Source of the DNA: Tubulanus polymorphus
Lineage: Eukaryota > Animalia > Nemertea
DNA: 64,000 nt
Assembly (NCBI RefSeq): GCF_964204645.1
Contig: NC_134030.1
Span: 10,933,947-10,997,946, forward strand
Direction: 5' to 3'
The notes under the pieces were generated by a model. It was not told the origin of the DNA and searched no databases. It was given only the letters and a program-made list of their open reading frames with translations. A program made the translations under genes and the position numbers. Below are positions 13,216-25,281 of the stretch, one piece after another; the stretch's first letter is position 1, and the number at the start of each line of letters is the position of its first letter.

Positions 13216-14549
13216 GTAAATATTGTTTAAAAAACCCATAACCATTGGTGAAACGCTAGTCCATGTTGTGACGATGTCCCACACCAAACGTAAGATGAAG
13301 TCCGGAAAGCTTCTTTTAGTAAGCTAATCATTTATAGATTCATAATTCATATATCATCAAAACCCACCAGGAACTTAAGATATATCTTATCTCCAATTTT
13401 GAAACGAAAATTAAAAATTAAGCAACAAAAAATGTGTTAGTTTAAAAAAAATCGACCCCTATGAATCTACACAATGGATGCCCTCAAGTTTTGATTATCA
13501 TTATCGAAGAGCTATTACTCCTGCAGATTGTGTTTATCACCGGACTCAGGCGTTATCTTGACCATGGGGTAAACATCTTTGGATGCTATGCTAAAAACTT
13601 GACCTAACCCATTCGCTTTTTCGTAAATTATTTGTTCGACGGAGAATTGATATATATTTAATTTGTCTACATTATTAAGGCCAATGTCACGGCAATAGGC
13701 AGTTGCCCCATCACAGAGGACACCAGTCACACAATCGACAACACTTCACTATAGATTGCCGTATAATGATGCGAGTCAATAGACCTCTGTCGATGGGATA
13801 TCTGAATGACTATCCGCTGAATCAATTCCCCCACCACACGCTCTACGAACACTACTGTTGCGCAAATATGGCACCTGGCGCGCAAGAGGCGGAGCAAAAA
13901 AGGTAGGCCAACGAAACGTTGAAACTACAGCCTAAAAGTTGGCGATCGACTATGACAAATTTCGTATCAGCTAAATCAGAATTGCAACTAAGTCACATGC
14001 TCAATGGTGACGGATCTTCTAAATGTCTTATGACGCATCCCCGCAATTATCAGCCGACCGGTCATCGTGAAGGCCTATATCGTAGAAAGTCGTCGAATCA
14101 CGGATGTCAAATATCAAATTCATAAATAATTCACGATAAAGCATACAAACTGGATACATATATCATGTTCATGTAATTAGTTCAATATTCAGAATTTTTA
14201 CACGCAGGATAACCTTAGATATTAGAATAGGTGTATATCTCGTTACACAATTATTATTATTATTATTATAGTAGGAACCATCGGAGTTGGCCTTTTCTAG
14301 ATTCCTTTTACTAATTGAAAGCGTGGTATAATTGCGTAGATGAGAAATGTGTAATCACGGTTATTAATTCGTACACCGCCACTTAACGTGATAAGAAAGA
14401 AATGATGCGACCTCTTTTTGAAGGTCTTTACACAAAGCGTATACGAAACTCACACCTTAAACAACCGTAAAAGTGATTATATATATACATATACGTGTGT
14501 ATTTTTGATTCATCTTTTGTTTTGTAACTGTGCAACGCTATTAGATAGT

Positions 14550-14756
14550 ATGAGTAAAAATCCCACGATAAATTGAATGAATCTTAAAAGTTTATTTAGA
14601 AATTAGAAATATATAGGGTGGTTGCTACCACCTATCTTCAGTCTAAAATGCCAAAAAGATTAGATCGAAGAAGGGCGGTAGCGAACACACGAAATATTTC
14701 TAATTTTTAAATAGACTTTTTAGATTCGTTCATGTATTGTGGAATTTTTACTCATC
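14550..14756. mobile_element. Inverted pair of Penelope-like terminal repeat remnants, each carrying a decayed minimal hammerhead ribozyme
   Basis: ~95-bp imperfect arms around a 13-nt spacer. Consensus of the two arms: TTAGA CTGAAGA a GGGTGGT-agca-ACCACCC GAAA TATT TCTAA. The downstream tail ttatcacggatattgtga recurs at ~27754. Confidence 0.65.
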
Positions 14757-15356
14757 ATCTTATCACGGATATTGTGATTCTCAGCTGATTCATTATTACA
14801 TATGCTATATGTAGAAATCATTTATTTTAAAAATGCATATCTCCCTTTCGCCTCTCACGAATTTGTTATGTTTATAATATATCCAATATTACGAATGTTT
14901 GATATATATTCATTCGATGCATTATTACGTATTTTGGTAGACTATAGCCTGAAGTTTCCTCACAAGCGCTTTGACATCGAGATTTGTTATTCGCTATAAT
15001 AGTCTCTTAGTTCACGTACAAATCTTCGGCGCGTTACTTCGTCCGATATAACGAACGACACTCTTGTAATATCGCCTGCATGCATCATTGAAGTTGCAGC
15101 CCTGCTCCGACGACGTTCCTATCAGCGCACTCAGATTTGTACGCCAGAGCACTGATTGGTCGCCGCGAGACAATCACTGCGCATCACTTGCCGAGTCGGT
15201 AATCGTGCGCGTGTTAGGGTATCTCGCTTTATCGGTTAGCGCGTGTTAGTTCGTACGCACAGTTTATACACCCGCACGCAATTGCAAAACTGGAATTTTT
15301 TTCTCTCTCTCTCTCGACCATCTATATAATATAAACTACGAGTCGAGTCGATAAAT

Positions 15357-15436
15357 ATGGTGTTAGGAAGCAGCAACGGCTCGTCCCAATACGCATCGGC
15401 GAACACGCGGGAACATACCATACCGACGTCCGCCAG
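15357..15436 (+). CDS. ETV1/4/5: Candidate alternative first coding exon of the ETV gene (MVLGSSNGSSQYASANTREHTIPTSAR)
   Basis: ATG in a good context (aatATGg) after an in-frame stop. The CAG|GTACGT donor is in phase 2, matching the 20815 acceptor. Upstream ATTGG (15155) and TTAGTT Inr-like site (15246). Confidence 0.5.
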
Positions 15437-15911
15437 GTACGTTCAACAATTTACTAAATCAAACATTTGTAACCTAGACAGCGAATGCTCGCGTGTGTCC
15501 CAGGAATAAATTGGTAAATTCCTGGCGACGTCGCGCAGCGTGTTACAGCCAGCGGATGTCCGGATGTCTTAGGGATAATAACGTATTCTTTATTTCAGGT
15601 AATTGAACGGCAATTATTATTTTTTTCGTCGTAATCAAAGCAAATAAACGAACTGGATTATCGCAGTTTACCGTTCTGATTTATCACCTGCAATGATAAC
15701 CGTGTATCTGTATGACGGGATAATGAATTTGTAAATCGTAATTAGTCAATAAGTTGATCGATCTGTTGTTATCTTTTCGTCCTCTATAATACGAAATTTA
15801 TCGTTTTATTCGTGGCTGCTAGGTATGATAAATCCCTTACTTTTGTGTAAATTCTATACTGATGATCGAAGGAAAGGTTTTTTCGACCGATAGACGTTGA
15901 ATTTCTTGGTT

Positions 15912-16003
15912 CGGTTTCATAGACTTGTAACACCTTTAACCCCGGGGCTAACTCGAATTAAGTTAACCCCGGGTTAAAGGTAATACCAGTCTATAAAACC
16001 GGC
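15912..16003. mobile_element. Short palindromic MITE (cggtttcatagac...gtctataaaaccg)
   Basis: Whole-element imperfect palindrome, including cctttaaccccgggg / ccccgggttaaagg. Confidence 0.65.
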
Positions 16004-17314
16004 CTTTGTGTCTAAGAAAAGTTACATTTTTGAGGTGATGTGCAAAAGCAGAAAACGCGCGAATCAAACTTTAAACGTGTATATACTTTTATTCGGCTGA
16101 GTTGACGTAAACATTATTGAAACTATTTCCCATCAAATATGGGTTTATAAGTCATTTCATTCTCGAAGATTGAAATGAATATGTGTGGTTGTGTTGAGTA
16201 GTAGAAGCATATATACAGCATATAATCGAAGGTACAAGTAATAATTTCTATTCTGCAAAAATGGAAACGTCAGGGCTCTACGTCAAAGAATAATATCCCG
16301 TCGTTCTGCTGATAAATGCCAATACGCTCCAATTTAAGAAATAAGTATGATTTCCTATTCCGAATCTTAGTTAATCGATGAGTCCGAATTGTCAACATGA
16401 CCAATGAAGCGTAGCATGAAAAAGACCAATAAATTAACATTAATGATTATATGATATTTGATTTTGAATCCCGACTTCTAAAAAATGATTATATGAATAT
16501 TTGACGGGGTTATTTTCGTTGGGACATCTTGTATTTTGTATTTTGCAACGAAAACAATATAATTCGTACGTCGGGGATAGTTTGATGTTAAGGTAATATA
16601 TATTACCTCAATACCTAATCCTAATGTCGTTGACTATCAATCAGTAAAGTTGCTGTTTTGCTACCTTCCTAGTGTACAGATCTTCCACAGACACCACAAT
16701 TTTATTACGCCTCCATTTACCTAACAGTCCGGTTATCAGTTTAACTTTTAACCACGGAAATCGATCTCGATCGCATGCAATTTGAAAAGTGAATATTGCG
16801 GACGCCTGCGGGTGCATTTTCAGGTGAATAATATAACGTCTTTTTCTTCAGTTTTTTTGAGAGCTAAGACGTTAAAAAGAAGGAACGGTATAGCAAAGCT
16901 AAATTTCACTATAATCTTTGTACATCATTGTCGGTTAAAATGTTTAATCACGTTACTCATAGACTCAATTTTTGGTCTATTCATTTTTCATTTATTCCAT
17001 TTTTGTTCTCTGAAAATTTTACACTGAACAATATTCTTTCCATACTTTTAACAAGTCAATACCTCATATCGTAGTTGATAACGGTATTTAGCTTAATATA
17101 TACATCTTCAAGAATATCAAATTTTCTTTCATACTTTCGCGGAAATGTCTCGACTAGTATCGAGGAGCGTATATCCGAGTTTCATATTAAGTAAACTAAT
17201 AAAATCTGGTAAATTAGCGGGTTACAGCTTTTCTACCGCGTGTAATTAGAACGGGCACGACAATGGATAATGGATAGGATACACGGAGTTCGCATCAGTA
17301 GCTTTTTCATTTAG

Positions 17315-17405
17315 ATTCTTGTATCTTTGATCCCCGGTTCTCGGCGCATCGTATCGACGAACCTAATCTTGCAAATGAGATTGCCATCTACCTCAGTCGA
17401 GCAAA
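17315..17405 (+). CDS. ETV1/4/5: Probable internal ETV exon (DSCIFDPRFSAHRIDEPNLANEIAIYLSRAK)
   Basis: gctttttcatttag| 91 bp |gtaaga. The phase 1 to 2 frame is open and is exactly what is needed to join the 13006-13215 exon to the 20815 exon. Confidence 0.55.
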
Positions 17406-17589
17406 GTAAGACCTCTCGTCGGCGAATAGGTTTTTAATTTAGCTGATGATTTTCTCTTTTTATCGCGGAGCAATCATGACTATACTATTTACTACACGCC
17501 CGTTACATTTCTTGTATACGGCGCCGAATCTCTTTTTCTCAAAAAGTATTTATATATATGTATAGATGTTTCGGAATGGGTTCTTATAT

Positions 17590-17913
17590 GGCCGCAATCA
17601 CACGAGCGTTTTCGGACCGTGCCAAATTTGGCCCGGAACAACTGTTCACACGGGTGCCAAACGGGCCCCGTTTGGTCCGGGCCAAACAAAAAACTTCGAC
17701 CCGAGTCAAATTTTAGCACGGGTCAAATTATTGCGTTTGAGTTGCAACTGGTTCCGGAAGTGTCTCACTTCGGTTTGTTTAAGCAATGTTTAGTATCGAG
17801 TGAGTGACTTACGTGTGAGCGCGCTCTCTAATTAGGCTCGGGCCAAATTTGACTCGGGCCTGCTCCGTGTCAATTTGGTTCGGGCCAAATCCTATCCGTG
17901 TGTGATCGCGGCT
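17590..17913. mobile_element. PIF/Harbinger-like MITE, same family as 5504-5828 (opposite orientation)
   Basis: TIRs ggccgcaatcacacg / tgtgtgatcgcggct. Internal sequence is the reverse complement of the 5504 copy (e.g. cactcgatactaaac / gtttagtatcgagtg). Confidence 0.8.
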
Positions 17914-20814
17914 TGAGGGGCTTTTTTTACTAAAATTTTCATAGCTCAAAAATCCCGTTGATGAAACACCGAGCTCGAGCGGAAAGATGTATATCATAAA
18001 ATCCAACATTAGGAATGAGAAAGTGTCCAAATCTTTTCCATGAGCTAATTGCTTATTCGACGTTTCGACAATATCCTAATAGCATTTGACTACTATGATT
18101 TAGTCGAAACGTCGCATAAATCATTAGCTCGATTAAGTGTTCCAGACTTTTGTTCTGCAAGAATGGGATTTTATAATTTCGATCAATTATTTTCATTGCA
18201 TAAACTCAATTCTATCAATGCGAAGAAAACTGATATTTCAAATGAATTGAAGAAATAGAAAGAATTTGAAACAACTTATAATCGGGTATATCGGGTTGAT
18301 AATCTTGATTTACTGAATAGAATAGAAAATATTTTACTGATCGACAAAGAAATACAGTTGCTAAGAGCACAAAAACAAACAAAAATTAATTGAAATTCAA
18401 ATGTGCGGTTTACATAAGTCGATAATCAATAAACAGTTAGCATACATAGACGCACATACAAAAAGAGAAATTTGAAAGCGGCTTTCATGAATTGGGTAAG
18501 TTGTATGCATGCAAAGTGTTCGTTAGTTGGGTTGAAATATGTGTGCACGCTCGGCCTGGTTCTGAAAAATGGTTTAGTGCGGATGGTGCAGGGTGTTTAA
18601 TGACGTAATGGAATTCGTCTGCGACATCTTCATTGTCACAGCGACCACAAATTCTTACCTCCACGGGCGTTCGATTGAATCGTCAGAATAACTGAAAGTC
18701 AGCCCAATTCGCGGTGGATTCTAGTACGGGTTCTTCGTTAAGATTCTATTTGGAAAAATCCTTCCGGCAATTAGCTTATCAGCATGTGTCAAAAATCTAA
18801 AATTCTGGCAATCTTAAGAGACCGATTCATACACTTGAAATTAGTTGGCGGGGGGCTGGCGTAATTGGTGAAATACCGCACTTCGATGGGTTCGAGGATC
18901 ATTAGCTCTGAAAAATAGTTTTATGGATAATTCGGGGCTTCTGCGCATCAAATTCAAAATACGATGTGCGGAGAAACAGCACTTTTTGCTTGAAATATTG
19001 TAAAGCTCTGTATATTGCAATGATAGTCATTACAGTAATTCATTTTTCATCTTACTCTATCTAAAGAGCAGGATTTTGCTTTATAGAATTCAGAATTCAG
19101 AATATAGAGTACATTGTTGAATGAGGGTTCGCAGAGAGAAGAGAAAGTTTCAGCTTTGCTAATGGTATTTAAAGTTATTAGGTTACATGTTAAAGTTTGT
19201 ATCTACATAATAGCCTCTATTCGTATCAAAGGATAGCAGCCATGATACATAATCTGATTACATCTCGAATAGTTCTGGGAACGTTTACTTTGAAAGTTCT
19301 TAAACCCCTAACGTTTCGTTCATGGATTAACAAGTCGATGTTTACCAATAAAAAGACAAGTTCAGTTGTTCAGAAGCTAGAGTGCCCTCGCAACCAGTCG
19401 TTTAGAACACAATTTCATTCGGCAAATATTGGTGCGAATGATGTGAATAGAATTTTTAATGATATCAGCAGTAAATCGGAATTGATAAATTTGGGAGACT
19501 ATGTTAAATCGGGGTTTGAATATTATGTTTAATTTTGATGTTTGAAATTGTTTACACTACGGTACTTCTTTCCTTATTTTTCTGCTGATTTTGATTATGA
19601 TGAATAAACTGACTAATTTTAAGTTAAAAATAGCTTATGATCAGCATATAATTCAATGGGGATGGGTTTGTTAATTGAATGTAAATATGTAATAACGTCA
19701 CGGAAATAATGTAAAACGATAATGGGGAAAGATGGATACTTTGGCTAAAACCAAGTAGGGATAATTCATTTAGTCAGTCTTCTAAATTCTTTTCACCCGA
19801 GTCATCACCGTCGTTCGTTCACGATTGTAACATTGTCTCCCGGTGTAATAGACTTGTTTCGAGGTAAAGTAAAACCATTATAGCCGGGCAATGATGGCGG
19901 GTAATTACTATACAGACCGGGTACGTGATCAAGGCAAATCACCGCGCTAATACCGTGATGACTTGACGTAGGAAATAAACAGCGTTTACGTGGGGACCAG
20001 GAGCGCACGACAGGCTGCAAATAGTTCAAACCCTAAAGTTCGATTCGGGTAGAAATATAGAAGTGGCCGTTAACACAGCTGTCGTGTATCCCTTATCAAT
20101 TTTACAATTTAGATAATGAGAATATTCGTAGAGTAGCCGTATTAACTGGTTTTAGAATAAATATTAATATTAATAGTAATAGATATAGTAAATAAGAATT
20201 TATATGATAATAGTTCTACTCGTCTCGTTATTTTACATACTGCAATTCATCGTGATGATTACCTACCTGGTCCGACTGCCCTGAACTGGCGTACTTCGGA
20301 GAGAATTCATCAGTTCTGCGAGATTCAAGGCAATCGGAGTCTACCGTATCTTGATCTTTAATTTTTTTTCAAGCAGTTCGCTGCTCCGTAACAAGTATCT
20401 AATGATCATTCATTATTTGGATCACACTTTATTTGCTTTATACATACCGGTCTATGTCACGAATATCAAGACGGTCGATGCCCTATTAGACTTAGCCTTA
20501 TAATCTATCTTTATTATACGGGCCGCAATTACAAGGAGTCTATTTGATCCGAGTGGACCAGGAAGTCAATTCTGGCATGTGCTAACATTCGAACGCAATA
20601 ATTTGACCCGTGCTAAAATTTTGCACGGGACAGTTCCGACGTTTTTGGTCAGGCCAAAGGCAGGGCAGTTTGTGCCCAATCGTGCAGGGCAGCATAGAAA
20701 ATGAGCAGAACTTTTTTTTGCCCATAATCTGTATATTGAGGTTTTCTTTTTGCCTTGGTTGAATTATCCTAGCGATTTTTCTAATCATCTTATAATTTCA
20801 ATCGTGCATTTTAG

Positions 20815-21047
20815 ATACAACCAACCAAACTGTGACCTAAGGGCAGGATACGCCACCACCGCCATAGATCACCATCGCAGCCCACCGTACAACCCCCCTC
20901 CGCCTAGAGTGCCGCCAATACCGTCACACTATAGCCCAGAAATGTTCAAACACGATTTCTGCTCCGGAGCAGAACAACCGTACGACGTTCCCATTCACAT
21001 GGCACATTCTGTCAAACAGGAACCGCGTGATACCGGATACGAATCAA
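20815..21047 (+). CDS. ETV1/4/5: PEA3-family ETS factor, proline-rich exon ending in VKQEPRDTGYES
   Basis: cattttag|...A|gtaagt. VKQEPRDTGYES matches ETV1 IKQEPRDFAYDS (SUMO-type psi-KxE motif). Confidence 0.9.
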
Positions 21048-22504
21048 GTAAGTTCATCACTTTTTTTTCCTAGTAGAAAATTTTATCTCCAATTGAATCA
21101 CCCCATTTACTATATTAAATTTCATTGTGTAAGTTAATGCATATGAAATGAAGTAGCAGTTATAAATTGGCGATGATCTGACGCGTATCATCAGTAATTA
21201 AAACCATTTGGGGGGGGGGGGGCATTTAGCTAGATTAAATGTTTCAACGATAACACATAAAACGACCCGGGTTTTTTTTCGGATGATATCTGCGTAGACG
21301 CACACGCGCGCGCGCTATACGTGAAATCTTATACGTTTTCCATTAGTCGAGTCATTTCACCGTAGCTTGTATCTACCCGTAACGGTACAGCTTCCCCGAT
21401 AAAACCCATCTCACCAAAGTGGCTGACCTGTCAAACAGCGAAGATAGTCATCAACTGAGCGTTCGTCTCTCCGCGCCGCCGTCATCCACGCGCATCAGCG
21501 ATTTACAAAAACGGTGTTGAATTTCTGCTAATGACAGCGACGAAAACGCGCATTAAAAAAGCAGTCTTTGAATCGGCCGATTTTCGTTTTTAGGTTATTC
21601 GCCAGCGTTTATACGTATATGGTAGATTCGTAAAGCGATTCGGCCATTTCGGAAAGCTGGACGTAGCACATTATTTTGGCGCGCGCGTTTCGCGGCGAAA
21701 ATATCTTCCATCGATTTGACAAGGGATGACGCTCCCTCTCGCCACGTTTTAGGAATCATTTGTTGATTAATAACGCACTGAGATATACGAAGACGTAATT
21801 ATGTTACACGACTCTCAGGTATCTTTATCGGTGGTCTTTATCTCGTTTACCAGTGTCAGACTGGTAGTAGAAAAAAATCATGGCCCCGGTAATAGATTGC
21901 CATTTGGCCTCTCGAGTTTTTCTCCAATTTGGCGAGTCGGATTCATTGTTCGCGTTACTTCGTATCGGTGGTAATGATCTTCGTCGTGCGACTTCAATTA
22001 CGAGATTGAGTCGGACGAATGAAAAAACCAGTTCGTAGGATATTGTTTTACTGGTAAATGTATATGTGTATGTATATGTATATACATATTATGTAAATAA
22101 AGTAAAAAACCTATATTGGATATGAAAGAGTTAAATATGATAACAGACGTGTTTCGCTATGGGAAATGGCTTTACTATAGACTGTACATGATTTGACGTG
22201 AATATCAGGCGAATTTTTTGGTTTTAAATTGTAACGCGCTATGATCATCACCCGATCTCAAGGGATAAGACCCTGCAGCAGGCCGGGCCGCGGCGGGTCA
22301 ATATTCGCCTTCTTAACGGATTTGAAAATAGAGGAATTTAGTAATAACGCACATATTGTATAGAATGGCCACATCTTTTAAAAGTGACCATCAACTTTAT
22401 TTTTGGGCCCACTGCGCATCATGTCGGTAGTGAATAAACGACGGACCCAGACTCAAATCGCCCACTGTCGTCCGAAATCCTGACCAGGACGCAATTTTGG
22501 CTTA

Positions 22505-22917
22505 GGGGCTGTCCATAAAAGACATCCACGCTGTAGGGGGAGGGGTTTTTAGATTTTTTGGACTTTTGTGGACAAGGCGAGGGGGTCCTCTGATATGGAT
22601 GTCCATCTTGAAAGGGGATCACTAGTTTAGGGACATCTTTTGTGTAATAAAAGTATAAGTAAAATCATGCAATCCTCCAATGACAAGTTACCAGAATATT
22701 ACAAGTTATAATTATAATACAAGGTTAAGGGAATAAATGTAAATACATTGATAATATTTAAGACTGCATCAACTCTTTATCAAGTGTGAAACTTAAGGTC
22801 CACTGTCCGCCGGACAAGGAGGGAGGGGGTGGTCAAGCTGATATGGATTTTATGTGGACATAGGGGAGGGGGTTAGGTTTTCCATATTTTGTGTGGACGT
22901 TTTTTATGGACAGCCCG
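22505..22917. mobile_element. PIF/Harbinger (Tourist-like) MITE
   Basis: TIRs ggggctgtccataaaagacatccac / gtggacgttttttatggacagcccg, flanked by TTA and TAA. Confidence 0.85.
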
Positions 22918-23255
22918 TAACATGGTTCCACTGTATGCAATTTCGAAGATCTGAATGAAACTGATCCAGATTAATGCAGGCGTCATTGAAATTCCTGTCT
23001 GATTCCTGAATTTGATTATTTCTACCACAACTTGACATCGTATGCCTTTCGTACGAATTATCCACCGGATCGAATGAGACCCGGATTCCTCACGGTTATC
23101 CCCTTATCCAGAGTTATTGAAATTGATGTCGTTTTGTTGTAGTTAAAACACTAAAACGCAGTCTTTATCGTGCGCATAGGTAAGGGCTCTTAGTAGGCCT
23201 ATTAGAATGATAAGATTATAAATTCTGATTATAAGGCTAGCGACAGGGGTTACGA

Positions 23256-23449
23256 CAGGGGTGGATTGTTTTATACAAATTTGACACTCGTCCTCTTGGA
23301 ATTTCATCTCTTAGGGTAAATTTCTTCAAAAATATATACGAACTGATGGTGCCCCACACTAGTAGCTCTTGATATGGCTGATTTATCCTAGAAAGGACTT
23401 TTCTCTTCTTCGGGGCCATGGCCTTCGAATTCCCATACATCCGCCCCTG
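23256..23449. mobile_element. MITE of the CAGGGGCGGAT-TIR family
   Basis: caggggtggat / atccgcccctg ends, flanks tacga / tacgg (5-bp TSD, one mismatch). Relatives at ~537-667, ~12870-12916 (right end only), 29970-30102, 31001-31267 and 44671-44933. Confidence 0.7.
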
Positions 23450-24831
23450 TACGGGTCCGTCTTCCAGTCACCGCGTATCGGGGTTAGCACAAAATGCTTA
23501 TTCGACATAGTTAGAAAGCTAGTTAATGTCGAGCCTTTTCTACGTATATCGGATAATGCATTTGTGAAAAAATCCGGTAGTGAACCTAAACCAAGGTCCA
23601 CTTAACTGATTGAGCAATAACCCACTGTGAAATACGGAAATATTCTTTCCAGTTTTGACACTACGTAACCTTTGCTGTTTTTTTGTTCTGTATAAATATC
23701 TGCGTTGGCTTTTCTCAAAATGCATTGACTTGTAGTGTCATTGAGATTTACTGGCAACTGAGCCGTTTATTCAAGTGATAATCTGTCTTTGTTCGTAATC
23801 AACTAGAACAAACACTGACTCGTTTGAGTGTTGGCTGGCGACATTGGTGGCTAAAAGGCAAACCACTTGAAGAAACGCCGACTGACACCAACGAAAGATG
23901 GATCGTTTATACGAATCCGATCACGCCTTAACAATTCGATGCCGACGACACCTTGAAGTTTCAAACTGCAATTAGGTAAACTTCGAAGGTGCGAGAATGA
24001 CATCGAGACTTAGAATAATCCTACGAATGGAAATAAATGATGACATTGGCAACAACAATAAATAAGTGCGGTGGATTATGTCCTCGGCGACTTGTACCCT
24101 TTACAAATGTTCTTTTTCGAGTTGTTTTGTCGAAGGCTCAGCTCAGGGGAGCTTACCGTACCGCCGCGCGAAGAAGTAACACAATAGGCAAAAAATTAAT
24201 ACGAACTACACTACATAACGGTCATAATGCCGTAAAAACCTGGAATCCTGGCTGAACATCCGTTCTCGAGTCAACTCGACGACAGTAAGCCGTCAAAATC
24301 CGCCTAGATGATATACAATGTTTAATACATTCTGGGCGCTGTGTAATCGCCTAGAAATAGTCTATTTCGTAGAGCTGTATTTATTCACCGAGGATCAGGG
24401 GTGAAGTCACAAAATATGGCCGAAAGAGGCTTATCGCGGCACACTTTATTATTATTTCTTATGGGCCGGCGAACAGATAAGAAAATATTAATGCTTAAAA
24501 CCGGGCTCACAATCATTAGCGCAAGAGAGAATAAATTTATACGCATTTCATCATCTCTGACCAAGTATCTTTGTGGAGTCGCCTAGGAAACGCAACGTAG
24601 CCGTTCGGGGCAAAATATACGACAATTTTGCTGCATAAAACCGGCGAAATGTCGGAATAAATTACACATTGATGACGCGACGTGTGATTAATAGTTTTAT
24701 TCCTAGCGGTAGCGTTACGGCTGCAATATTCGTTATATTTCAGACAATTTCAAAGCGCTGTAACGATCAAAAATGAGGTTTCGAGGATTCTATATTTTGG
24801 GGGTTTTGCGAGCTTCAACGCACGCGTTCTG

Positions 24832-25055
24832 CAAGGCTGGCACGGACCTGGAAAACCTGGAAAACTCAGGGAATCTATTAGAATCTGAAAAAAACAAAAT
24901 CATGGAAAACTCGACATTTGACAAATTTCACCAAAAAACCTGGAAAATTTAAGGAATCTAGAAAAGTCTAGAGAAAAGAAATCACAGAAAACTCAGGGAA
25001 CTTGACAAATTTTACCAAAAACCTGGAAAACACAGGGAATCTGGAAATTTTATTG
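24832..25055. repeat. DNA-transposon-like subterminal repeat array (acctggaaaa/ctcagggaa motifs)
   Basis: Repeated acctggaaaa, aaactcagggaa and ttgacaaattt-accaaaaaacctggaaaa blocks. Confidence 0.65.
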
Positions 25056-25212
25056 ACCCCGCATTTCTTTATCAGTACATGATTCAGTGAAAAGATGCAT
25101 TGATAGTGTGTAATATTCATATGTATAAATTTCTCGGAAAGTGGCCGCCCTGTTAGCTTACACAAACGACACGATTTAAATGAATAAGTTTTTTTTTTGT
25201 TTTGTTTTTAAG

Positions 25213-25281
25213 GTACGTCCAACTCGTGTGTCAGTTATCCACGCAACACCTATTCCTCGTTACATGGCAGTCCCACCGAAG
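25213..25281 (+). CDS. ETV1/4/5: PEA3-family ETS factor, 69-bp exon (STSNSCVSYPRNTYSSLHGSPTEG)
   Basis: Long T-rich acceptor ...tttttaag| and GAAG|gtaaaa donor, phase 1-1. Aligns with ETV1 EVPSCHSIYMRQEGFLAHPSRTEG (conserved SC, Y, H, TEG). Confidence 0.85.

Noticed and set aside
18851-18900. A-box-like tggcgtaattgg and B-box-like ggttcgag suggesting a tRNA
   Set aside because: No cloverleaf can be folded and the B box is incomplete; at most a decayed SINE head.
19197-19532. 111-aa ORF in an ETV intron
   Set aside because: No splice signals in phase and no recognisable domain; context suggests an old LINE 3' end but too decayed to call.
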